This document shows positions 37,761 through 49,204 of a stretch of DNA of 64,000 bases, piece by piece. This DNA comes from Nemertoderma westbladi (Eukaryota > Animalia > Xenacoelomorpha). The stretch is from NCBI GenBank assembly GCA_032718475.1, contig JAUCBJ010005111.1, positions 21,789 to 85,788 of the forward strand. Direction: 5' to 3'. A program made the position numbers and the translations under genes. How positions within the stretch are numbered: position 1 is the stretch's first letter; every line of letters starts with the position of its first letter. The notes under the pieces were generated by a model. It saw nothing but the letters and a program-made list of their open reading frames with translations. It searched no databases and was not told the origin of the DNA.

Positions 37761-39385
37761 TCTTCTCTTGTAAAACTTCTTCAGTACCCTTATCTCTTGC
37801 ATTAGTGCTTCACTCTCTTGCTTAGTTATTTGTTTCTTGTTGAAACTATGTTAATCTGTTTGATAATTCTTTGCTAAACTGTAAGTACATTTGTAAACTT
37901 CTGAACATGTTTTTCTGCATTTGTCCAACTTTGGGACAGCAAAGCATCAGGGAGATGGCCGCCTAGACCGATAGGCCGTCAGCAACGCAGGGAAAGGATG
38001 TCCACAACACGCTAGCGCCCACATTAGCTTAGACCGCGCACCCCTTCGCCCTTCGAAATGCTCCACTTGCCATGCGGCGCCCGCTTTATGAGGAAGGTAA
38101 GACTTTGTTTGATGCCCTTGCCCGACGTAAGACCTATAGATCAGGGTAAGCGTGACGCCGTCCTGGGACGCCGCAAATTTAGGATCAAATAACTATATTT
38201 TGGCAGAACCCCCCCCCCCCATCAGTAGTACGAACCCCTGGGTTACCTGTATACCTCACAGGTGCGAATTATTGCCGTTCATCAGTACGCGAGTACACAT
38301 TAGGTACGGACAGCATATGTTCCATAATTTAGTGATTCGCAGTACTGACCGTTTGGTACCGGTTCGCTTTGTAGACTATACATTAGTACCCTACCCCCTC
38401 CTGAAGTTAGTTATTTGATCAGGCAAGGAGTATTTCTGCTACCGGCATACCGCTTGGCCTAGGGAGGTTTTATTAATATCCTACCGCGCCTTGCCACGTA
38501 CTGATAGGTATTGCTGCTAACTACCGCAGCAACAAAGTTCTAGAATCAAATTTGTATACCAGATCAGCTAACGTACGGTAGCGATTAACCCCTATTTCTT
38601 GTCTTACAACCAGAATCTGGTATTTGTGCAGATCACGGGTGTAGTTACTAACACCGTGGTTGCCCAGTTGAGTTGTGGATAGGAAGGAGAGAGTTTTGAT
38701 GTCATTTGTAAGTATAAAGTTCTACAAAACGCGACTAGCTTATTTTAGTAGCTAGCGCACGGTATCGTTTTGGTCAGAGAATTACTAAAACCTAGTAAAT
38801 GATATACACCAAAATTGTTTTATTGTAACACACCCACGCACACACGCCCTAAAACATATTTACCCTTAGAGTTCCTACTAGATAGCGCAATTTAGATTTT
38901 AGGCAGAATTTATCTGTATTTGTAAATTAGGGTCAGATATTTAGTTACGGCAAAGGAGTATTTCATTTTCGTTATTAAACTGTTGTTTGCCTAGAGCAGC
39001 AGTATTGTTACATTAGGTCCGACCCTTTTAGACTGATTTCGGACAGGGGGATCAGTTATCGTTACATTTAGGCACGACCTCTTTTAGGCTGATTCAGACA
39101 GGGGGATCAGTATTGTTACGCTAGGGCTGTAACCCACCTAGCTCGTATATAAACCATATAAATCACACCGCGGCAAGTTACTGTATTTAGGACTGTCAGC
39201 GATAGTTAGGATTCGCTGCGTGGGGATTGTTTTCCCGTGAGTTTGGTCTGTTACTGTAACTGTACATCTGCCATACCGGTTAGAGGACAGGTATCCTTTT
39301 GTCTAGTTCGTAGGCATTAGACCCGCCCACGTACATGGAATAGACACCAGGCTCTGCTCCTCGCCAGTAGTAGTTTGTGTATTGT

Positions 39386-42300
39386 ACAGAGTTAGCGGCA
39401 CAACAACAAGTAGCGGATCGACGCGAAAGGGAGATGCAACTACAGTTCGAACTGAATCGTAGATCGCGCGAGGCAGCGAACGCGCAAGCGGACCTTGAAC
39501 TTGACGCGAGAGATAGATCTATAAGATCGCGAGCTGGACACGACTTGTCTGCCCTGGATCGCATGGAAGCTCGATATCGCAGAATTCAGAAGCGAATCGA
39601 GGAAGGAAGTGTGGGAGCGATAGATCGAGGAGAGGAGTTCGTCGAGGATTACTGTAAACGTTTTCCCCAAGTTATTCCTATGCTCAAACCCACGACTCCG
39701 ATAAAACCGGTCTTTGTTACGAAACCTAAGGAAATAACACCTGTGCGCTCGACGCAAGGTAGCAGGTTTGTTGTGACGGAAATACCGCAACCTAGGGCGA
39801 CTTCATCGCCAATTTTAGCAGGTAACGTAACTAGTCCACCTACAGTAAGTCGTAGTCTACTTGTAGGAAGAGAGGAACCTGTGTTTATGACAATTAAACA
39901 GGTAAGTAAGCCGTTAGTAGTTAAACCTGTGACGTGCTGTGCGAACATAGTTATTTATAGACCGACTACGAAACCCGACTACTTTACTCGACCTTTGACA
40001 CAATGTTCGACGCAACCTACGACTTCGTGGAAGGCTTGCGAGCCTGCCGAACAATGGAGGAGGATGGATGTGGGTAGTACCCACGGGATCGAACAACGTT
40101 TAACGAGACCTACGACTTCGTGGAAGGCTTGTGAGCCTACCGAACGACGGAGAACCATAGATTCTGGACCCCAACGAGTGAGACAAAAGGTTATACGCCG
40201 GACGCGAACCTGCCAGCCACCTTATCCGGACGACAGCGACTCATCCAGTGACTCGGAGTCGACGGAACGGGAAATATTCCGTACTGGAGCGGCAGCGGCA
40301 GCGGATAACAAACGAGAGGAACGATCGACGAACCCCTACATCGATAATCCTCCACGAGAAACACCCCAAAAGAAACCCACGTTGCAACCAGTGGAAACGA
40401 TCAGTGCCAAACAGTTCACCGAGATGACGGACCGACTAGCTCAACTCGAAGAACGACTTGAAGCGCAACTGTCGGATCGATCACGAACCAGCGTGGAGTT
40501 AGAACAACCTAGACAACATCGACTACCAAGGCGAGAACAGGAGACTAGACAGACTCCGACACATCGAGAAGAAGATCCCGTTAATAATTCCTACCGACGA
40601 ACAACACGCGGAAGGGAACGACTGGACGACGCCACCGAACAGGGACGCGGACAGTTGGATTTGGTTAGCGAGATTGCGAAATTCGCGGCTAGACACGGAT
40701 TACTGGCACAGCAACCGCCGAAGTTCTCTGGCAACGCGAAACACTGGCGCACACTGGTAGACTACGTAGAGTCCCAGATCGCTAAGTGTGCTTTCACCTC
40801 GACGGAGAAGTTTAATTACTTGCTCCTAGTCCTGTCTGGTGAGCCGAAACGATTAGCGGAAACCTTTATTGGTGTTCCAGATGCCTTTGAGTTGGCGTAC
40901 GACCGTTTGTATTCGATCTACGGAGGTAACGTTGCCATGGCTAAATCCATTATCGAAGACCTCTGTAGAGGAGGCAGCATTTCGAAACCGATCGATCTTC
41001 TATGACTCGCGGACGAAATAAAAAACGCTACAGGGACTTTACGGTCCATTGGACAACTCGAGTATGCTAACACACCGACGGTTCTCATCAGGATAATCGG
41101 TCGACTTCATCATCGACTCCGAAGAGAATGGCGACTCATCGAGTACCAGCGTGAAGAAGCCGGCGGGCTATTAAAACTCACCGACGTCTATCAACTGATT
41201 TCATGGGAGGCCATTATCTAGACTCGATCGAATTATACTGATCATCATATCGCGGCAGAAGGGATAGCTATTTCTGCGCCGACTCGGACAAAACCGTTTC
41301 CGACTAAAGTGAAAGCCGTTACCTACGCCACCCCTACTGAGACTTCTAAAGTTCTGACGCCTATCGGCACCACGCAGCCACGACAACAGTTGCCGGCGGA
41401 CTTTGTGGGATGCTCATACTGCGAACGGAACGGCAGAAACCATAGCGGACATAAACTTCGTGGATGTCGCGCTTTTAAAGAGTTAGGAATCGAGGAGAGG
41501 AGACTCCAAATCCGATCTTTAGATTCTTGCTGGAGATGTACGAAGCCAGGACACGTCCGGAAGGATTGCCCGAGCGACGATACATGTCCTCTGTGTGGAC
41601 GAAACCATGATGCGCTACTTCACACTACTAGTCATACTCCGACCAAACGCTTTCAACGAGAGCATCCAGATAAAGCGGCTAGATGCGACGCACTATACAA
41701 GGAGCGTGCGCCGCGCGAGATCCGTACGTTTTATACGGACTGTATGGATCAGTCAGGATCATCGGACGAGGACGAGGAGGAAGACAACACTTTCTACGTG
41801 CATGCAGGTGAGGAACAACCATCGGTAATGCTCCTCACACAGAACCAATTGAAAGGGTTTAGCGTGATTCCTATAAAGATTACCGGAACCCGAGGGAGCA
41901 AGCGTATATACGCTATCTTAGACTCTGCGTCATAACACAGTTATGTTGACGAACAAGTAGCCGACGTGGTTATGGACATGAGTCAAGGTAAGACTGCTCA
42001 GTATACTGTAAGCAGCATGCATGGTAAGCGAGCGATTCCTGTGACAAGAGTAAAACTAACCTTAGACACTCTTCTTTCCAAAGCGGAACACAGCCAGGAA
42101 GAGCGCTCATTACTTCCGGTAAGAAATTTGACCTTTGCAGCTATGAAGGACTTTAGTAACTTGCTCGGCCCTGTGCCAGAGCAATCACCGGAAGATCGTA
42201 AGTATTTCCGACACCTTGGAATACCGGAATGTCCTGTTAATTATCGTTCTATTGCGATGTTAATTGGGACAGACCAGTTTAACTTACATCAGGTATGGGA

Positions 42301-45300
42301 GACACGCCCATCTGTTATTACAGCGGGCAACCCCTACGCATGTAGAACTCCCATAGGTTGGTATACTAGAGCACCAATACGTTCACTAGAGGTAAGTGAC
42401 CAGGAGGACGATGTTTTGAGTACGTGTAGTTTATTGACTACTACGATAGATAACTCTCCTTCACACTCCTGTGGTCCAATTGTACGGACGGCACTACGAC
42501 AGACTTGCGTCGCTAACGCAGATGCCACCGATACTGACGTAACTGGTCTGGACACGACCACACGGACCTCTGACTTACAACTACTTGCAGTAAACCAGGT
42601 TGTATTGACCACCGAAGACCAAAGGGTTGTTGCTGTGGATGACTCGATGAACGAGGATTTTGGAAGGCTTGCGAGCCTACCGAAAAATCCAAAGGTCATT
42701 GACCCCACCCACCAGGCTTCGACACCGGTCGTTGATCTTGGAAGGCTTGCGAGCCTACCGATAGATCAAGAAGTTGTCAAACCGCCGCACGACGATTCGA
42801 TGACGACTAGTGACACCAGAAGGCTTGCGAGCTTACCAGACGCATTGACACTAGCCACCGCAGCGGACGAAGACGTGGACGAGGACCATGGCGCAGTGCA
42901 AGCAGCGCTAGACCGACTGCTGACTGAACGGACCATTCAATGGTTGGAACAGGACTCAGCAGAACCCGGTAGTTACGAGACCGCTATGTCAGAACAGGAA
43001 AAACGGTCATTAAATATTATGAGAGATGCCATTCGCCAGACCGCAAATAGCCACTATGAGGTTGGTATGTTGTGGCGCAATGGACAACCTAAGCTCGTTA
43101 ACAATTACCCGCTTGCTTTGAGGCGACTCAAATCAATAAGGCAGCGATTGTTGCGAGACGAGACAGCCCATATGCAATAGAATGCGCAACTTCAGACGTA
43201 TCTTCAAAAGGGATACGCCATTAGGATGTTAAATCCCGAGGTAACCACAGACCAGACATATTACCTGCCACATCATTTTGTTCGACACCCGGACAAACCT
43301 GGCAAGGTGCGTGTACTCACCGACTGCGCCGCGCTTTACCAAGGGATGTCTATGAACAGCGAACTGATGGATGGGCCGAATATGAACAATTACCTCATGG
43401 GAATCCTAATGCGTTTTAGACAACGCAAAGTGGCTTTCACCTGCGACATAGAGGCCATGTTTCACCAGGTTAAGGCTTTGGAGCGGGACAGGGACAGCTT
43501 GAGGTTTCTTTGGTATCCGGACGGAAACTTAGAACTTCCGCCAGAAACTTACCAAATGCAGGTAAGAGTATTCAGAGCCAGGGACAGCCCCAACTGCACC
43601 ATGTACGCCTTAAAGCAGACCGCATTGGACAGATGAGACCAATTTGACCCAGAAGTAGTTCGGACAGTGGAACGAGATTTCTACGTGGATGACGGCCTCA
43701 AAAGTGGTGACACTTTGGAGCGCGCTACAACCGTAGCACACCAACTCCAGGATTGTCTCGCTGAGGGCGGATTCCACCTGACGAAGTTCGCTTCCAACGA
43801 ACCCGAACTGGTGAACTCATTTGACCCGATGGATCGTAGCGAAGGTGACTTGGACTTAGACCTAGAACCTCTGCCGACGACCAAAGTATTAGGACTTAGT
43901 TGGGACCCTAACACCGACAATTTTAGGGTACATGTAAGGTCCAACGACCAGACTAGACCTCTCACTAAGAGGACTTGCTTATCGACCATGAGTCGATTGT
44001 ATGACCCATTGTGTTTCATTAGTCCAGTGATCCTACATGCTAGGATCATACTCCGCAGCATTTGGCAAGCCGGACTGGAATGGGACGATCCCATCTCAGA
44101 AAAGTTAGCTGAGCGATGGAGGGACTGGGAAGCCCAACTGACGTTCCTACAAGACTATACCATACCGAGGGTATACTTTCCTTTGCAGACCACCTTTCCT
44201 GCCGATTTAGAGCTTCACAGCTTTAGTGACGCTAGCAAGGATGGATTGGGGGTTACTTTATACCTTAGACGACAAGTGACATCGGACAGCTACGATGTGT
44301 CTCTCGTTACTTCTAGGGCTAGAACAATGCCGTTGAAGTATATGACTGTACCTCGTGGAGAGCTGCAAGCCGGGACGATATCCACCGATATTGTCAGTCT
44401 AGTTTAACGCGAGCTGGAGGCTAATTTGAAGGTCACATATTGGACGGATGCGACGTTGGTACTTTGGTACATAAACAACGAAGCATTTGAGTTCAAGACT
44501 TTCGTAGCCAACAGACGGGCTGAAATATTAGACCGGTTGCTCAAACAAGATTGGCGTCACTGTCCAGGGAAGCTGAACCCAGCTGACATCGCTTCACAGG
44601 GGATGCAACCGTTTGACTTTTGTAAACCGGACAATAAATCCTTTTGGTTTAGAGGACCCGATTTCCTACAGCGACCATCAGACGAATGGCCACCGTTATT
44701 CGACGCGACAACCAATACCATACCAGAGGGTGCCGAGATAAAAATCGACAAGGTTGTCAAATCCAAAGCGAAAGCCAATGCCAAGGTCAAGAGGAAACAG
44801 GGACGGACGAAATCTGATGACCTGGACGCCAGACCTGACATTACGCCAGACATCTCACCAGACACTCGACCAGACGCTTGTACGAATCTTTCGCCGGATG
44901 TTCCGCAGGAGATTCCACCAGACGTTTCGCCGGATTGTTCACCAGATTACTCGCCAGATTATTCACCAGAAGCGACACCAGATTGTTCTCCGGATTGTTC
45001 GCCAGATTGTTTTATGGAACTCTCGACAGAATGTCTACCAGACGTCTCACCAGACTTTCCACCAGACATCTCGACAGACTGTCCACCAGACTTTGGACAA
45101 GACTTTCTGACAGAGGTTACGCTTGACTCTCTTTGGGACCGATGACAGGACATTTTGCCGGATGTTCCGCGCTATGTCTCACCAGACTGTTCACCAGACG
45201 CTTCACCAGACTGTCTACTAGACACTCCACTAGAAGACCCATTGGAGCGGACTTTTAGAGACTTACCAAATTTGACTTCTTTGGACGACAAAGGTGTGGC

Positions 45301-47092
45301 CACAGCGATCACACTCCGCTCAAAGAAGGTACTTGACTTACCACCTACAGGTAAACGTGTGACTAAGGTTAGGAAGCTTACAGGCTCACAGGAACACACT
45401 GACACTGTAGAGTTGTAACCGTTACTGCCAGTCGACTCACTAGAAGCGGATGGTAAAGGTAAGACCATAGAGATTGACATACTTGGGGACTCAGACAAAC
45501 CTACCGGAAGGCCCGTGGGCCTACCAAGTCCAGACAAGTATCCACACTATGACTATACCTTACCTGATGATGTCACTAACACTTACGTTGACAGGATAGT
45601 AAACCTAACTAGATCATGGACTGACGCGTGCCGCAAGTTAGCATGGCTCAAACGTTTGAGACAATATGCCAGAGGCAAACGCGACTTTCCTAGAAGACTT
45701 ACCTTAAGAGAAGTTGGTCATTGTGAAGTTGATATCATTCGCCATTATCAATTGCGATATTTCGCACGAGAGTTCACAGCGATCAATCAAGGTAAACAGA
45801 TTAAGTCTTCACCGATTTTGAGTTGGAGTCCGATTATTTACCGGGGCTTACTTTGCCACAAGTCCAGACTCCAAAACATCGACTTTGCACTAGACTTTAG
45901 GTATCCTATCATCATACCGCAACACCATGAATTACAGCGCGCTATGATACTGGACGCACATGTACAACTCAAACACGTGGGTAGACACCACTGTCTATCA
46001 CACTTACGATCGAGGTTTGTACTGATTAGACCTAGTAAGGCACTGAGTTCGGTAACACGGAATTGTATGATTTGTAAGAAGGTGCACGCGAGAATAGGAC
46101 ACCAAGAAATGAGTGAACTACCACTAGCGAGATTACAGGCATTTAGACCCCCTTTCACTGAGACAGGGATAGACTGTTTTGGACCCATAATCGCGAGACG
46201 CGGAAGGGTACAGGTAAAACGTTGGGGATTGATCTTCACTTGCATGGCCAGCAGAACTGTCCATATAGAGCGCATGACAGATTTGACCACCAATGCCTTT
46301 ATCCTAGCCTTACGGCGATTTGTCGCTAGACGTGGATTGGTCAAATCCATTTATTGCGACCAAGGGACAAACTTTGTGGGTGCACGGAACGAAATAACCA
46401 GAGCTTTGAAGAAGTTGGACCAAAACCAGTTTTACGAGGAACTACGCCCTCACCGTATTGTTTGGTATTTCAATACTCCAGACAGTCCGTGGAGAGGCGG
46501 CGTTTGGGAAAGGCTGATTGGCTCAATAAAAACAGCTATGGCTAAAGTAATACCGACGCAACACATTTTGACAGACGACCAACTGACGACGTTGTTAATA
46601 GAAATCGAAGCGATTTTGAACACTAGACCGATCGCCTTGATCCCAGACAATAACGACGCACAGTTTGCCTTGACACCAGCGCACCTGCTTATGCAGGCGC
46701 CGACGACATTGTTGCCCATTTCGGTACCCGTTAATAGCGACGGATACGGCAACAAAGCTTGGAAAATCACTCAATTGCTTGCAAATAAATTCTGGGAAAT
46801 ATGGCAGAAATATTATTTGCCCTCTATTTCAACCAGAACCTCTTGGTATCTTAATACCCGATGTTTGAGACGAGGAGACCACGTTTTATTGGCTGAAGCC
46901 AATCTGAAAAGACGATTTTGGCTGACTGGAGTCATTTTGACCACGCACCCTACATCCGGTGTAGTGAGAACAGTTACTGTAAGGACTATCGACGGTCGTA
47001 CCGTAGACAGACCTGTACAACGTCTCGTGCTCCTTGAGGAGACTAGAAACGAGACAGGAGACTACAAATCTCCACCCAATATTAGTAAATAG
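39386..47092 (+). pseudogene. E3 gag-pol polyprotein, single frame with premature stops
   Basis: All ORF pieces share one frame: PPKFSGN (gag), CWRCTKPGHVRKDC, AILDSAS, CDIEAMFHQV, FYVDD, FSDAS, YWTDA, H..H..CMIC, GIDCFGP, CDQGTNF, WERLI, RPVQRLVLLE. Confidence 0.95.
44830..45220 (+). repeat. 12-bp coding tandem repeat (xSPD) between RNase H and integrase of E3
   Basis: Repeated tc(a/g)ccaga(c/t), giving PDCSPDYSPD... Confidence 0.85.
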
Positions 47093-47829
47093 AAATGTGG
47101 GACCTTTGTTGGCCGCCACATAGACTTACCGTATATTAGTAATTTAGTATTTTGTATTACTGTATGTGCATTTGTAATCCTCTTCACTGTAGATAGAGAC
47201 AGCGGTGGAATTCTATTGTCTTTATATGTGAACATGGAGGGTAGTACCCTTATGTATCATATAGGAGCGGGATTGTGTGTACAGTAGGAATGGAATTCCA
47301 CTTGGAACCCACAAGTGAGACAATTTTCAAAAATTATTAGACAAATCCATTTAGTTGGAATTAAATTTAAGAAAAATGATTCTCCAGTGAATGCGAATTC
47401 TAGAATACAGCTAGATAAAATTAAAATTGGGGAGGACAAGAGCGGATGGAAGGCTTGCGAGCCTACCGATAAAATTTTTTTTTGGAAAAGAAAATCGGCC
47501 TTGTTCTACATAGTCGTGTCTACTATTATTTAGACCGAATTAATTCTCGACTGCATTATTTCTTTGGGAATGTAGTTTGGGAAATTAAAAGGTGAGTATT
47601 TTAGACTCGCGGCTAGTTTACCCGGAATTCGTTTTTTATCGGCACATTTTTTTTTGGATTAGGAGCCCGTGCGAAATCACGCGAACCCGAAGTCATTAGG
47701 CAAATGGGTTGGGGTTTTAGAACAAAGTTGAGCCAAAAGCCGACAAACTCTAAGTCACCTCACATCTAACCTCTATTTTGTGCTTCATCTAGTAGAAACG
47801 TAACGATATGTAACCATATATACGCATAT

Positions 47830-49092
47830 ATGATGGGGGAGAAGATTTATAAGGAGTTACGTCAGGGGTTTACGCAGGAACAAGAGCACCAGGCGCCGTT
47901 TAATCATTATGGAGCTAAAAACTTTAGTGTGTTTGGAGTGGAGAGTATGGCTAGGAGTACAGCCAAGCTCGCTAAATCCAAGGCGGACCCGAATGTTACG
48001 CGACAGCGATTGGATGCTTATAACAAAAGAACGGAGGAATTACGCGCGGAGTTCAATGCGTTATATCCTTACGAAGCGTTATGCGACGCTAGCGACATCT
48101 GCGAGGATCCAGACACCGAAATACGCCGATTATATCATATGCTGCAATATTTGACGGCAAATGAACCCTTACCTGCAGCCAGAGACGAATTTGGAGGAAT
48201 GCATCTTTATAGACGCGCTCGAGGAGCGGATCCAGAGACAAAGGACGCGTTCTCAATATACAAACTGTTTTATAAATGTGGAGTATGTATGCGCGAGCAA
48301 GACAACGCAATTCCTATGCGGTTGAACTCGGAGAACCCCGAGCCGATATTAGCGCAATGCTCATACCACCAAAGTCTACGTTACCAAGAAGGCGGATACC
48401 CTTTGACGAATCCGTATCATTCATTTAAAATGAGTGGACCGAACGCGGGTGAGATCGTTATTTACGAACCTAAATTAGTCGAACCAGACGTCTACAGCAT
48501 GGTAGTGGACGAATCTAACAAGTCGACGCAAGAGAAACGGGAAGCTTTGAGCCTCTACAGGGCGTACAAGGCGTACGAGAAAGGCGAGATCGAGGAGTTC
48601 GGCGGAAGGCTCGCGAGCCTACCATTCTATTGGATATCCCACGATCAAACCGAACCTAAGGAGATGACACCCGAGCTCTTCGATAGTATCACCTTTGCTC
48701 AGCGTTTGTCGCAGAGACTACAGATACCTCATGTCGAGATGACGCGAGAACCTCAACCCCATTCTGCTGGAACGATAGTACCGGTTGCGAGACCAACTAG
48801 TTTTCCTATTAGTATACCGACCCGGAAGGAGACAACTTACGAGATTCCTATAGTTGAACACCCGGAGATCTTTTCGAACCTGGATTTCCTCCCATCGGTT
48901 ACCTATGGTGATGTGTTAGAGTCAGCCGAGTTGTGTAGAACAATAGTTCAGAAAATCGTACGCAACGTGCCTCCACATATTACGGACTTTAAGGAAGTGG
49001 ATCGCGCGGGGACGGATATCGCACCTTGTATCTTGCGAGGATATCTGACGAGAACGAACGATTCGATTATGGATCGGAGTTGGAACATTTGA
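47830..49092 (+). CDS. E3 accessory ORF3, N-terminal part (CxxC...CxxH motif, unknown function)
   Basis: 420-aa ORF after pol, LFYKCGVCMR...CSYHQSLRY. Probably joined to 49205-51514 through frameshifts. Confidence 0.65.
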   Translation: MMGEKIYKELRQGFTQEQEHQAPFNHYGAKNFSVFGVESMARSTAKLAKSKADPNVTRQRLDAYNKRTEELRAEFNALYPYEALCDASDICEDPDTEIRRLYHMLQYLTANEPLPAARDEFGGMHLYRRARGADPETKDAFSIYKLFYKCGVCMREQDNAIPMRLNSENPEPILAQCSYHQSLRYQEGGYPLTNPYHSFKMSGPNAGEIVIYEPKLVEPDVYSMVVDESNKSTQEKREALSLYRAYKAYEKGEIEEFGGRLASLPFYWISHDQTEPKEMTPELFDSITFAQRLSQRLQIPHVEMTREPQPHSAGTIVPVARPTSFPISIPTRKETTYEIPIVEHPEIFSNLDFLPSVTYGDVLESAELCRTIVQKIVRNVPPHITDFKEVDRAGTDIAPCILRGYLTRTNDSIMDRSWNI

Positions 49093-49204
49093 GACCGACA
49101 CCAACATCACGACCAATTGGACCAGAAAACCTATTAGTTTCGATGATGAAAAGTCGATTGGGAGAATTTGGAACCCTACCGACAATTTACTCGACGATTG
49201 GGAC

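Larger units (their letters stand above)
37332..39385 (+). repeat. E3 5' LTR, 3'-truncated by a deletion that also removes the PBS and gag start
   Basis: Matches 52156-54485, then jumps directly into gag coding sequence. Confidence 0.9.

Noticed and set aside
39386-47092. Stop-codon reassignment or alternative genetic code
   Set aside because: All three stop types occur and other ORFs end normally. Ordinary nonsense mutations suffice.
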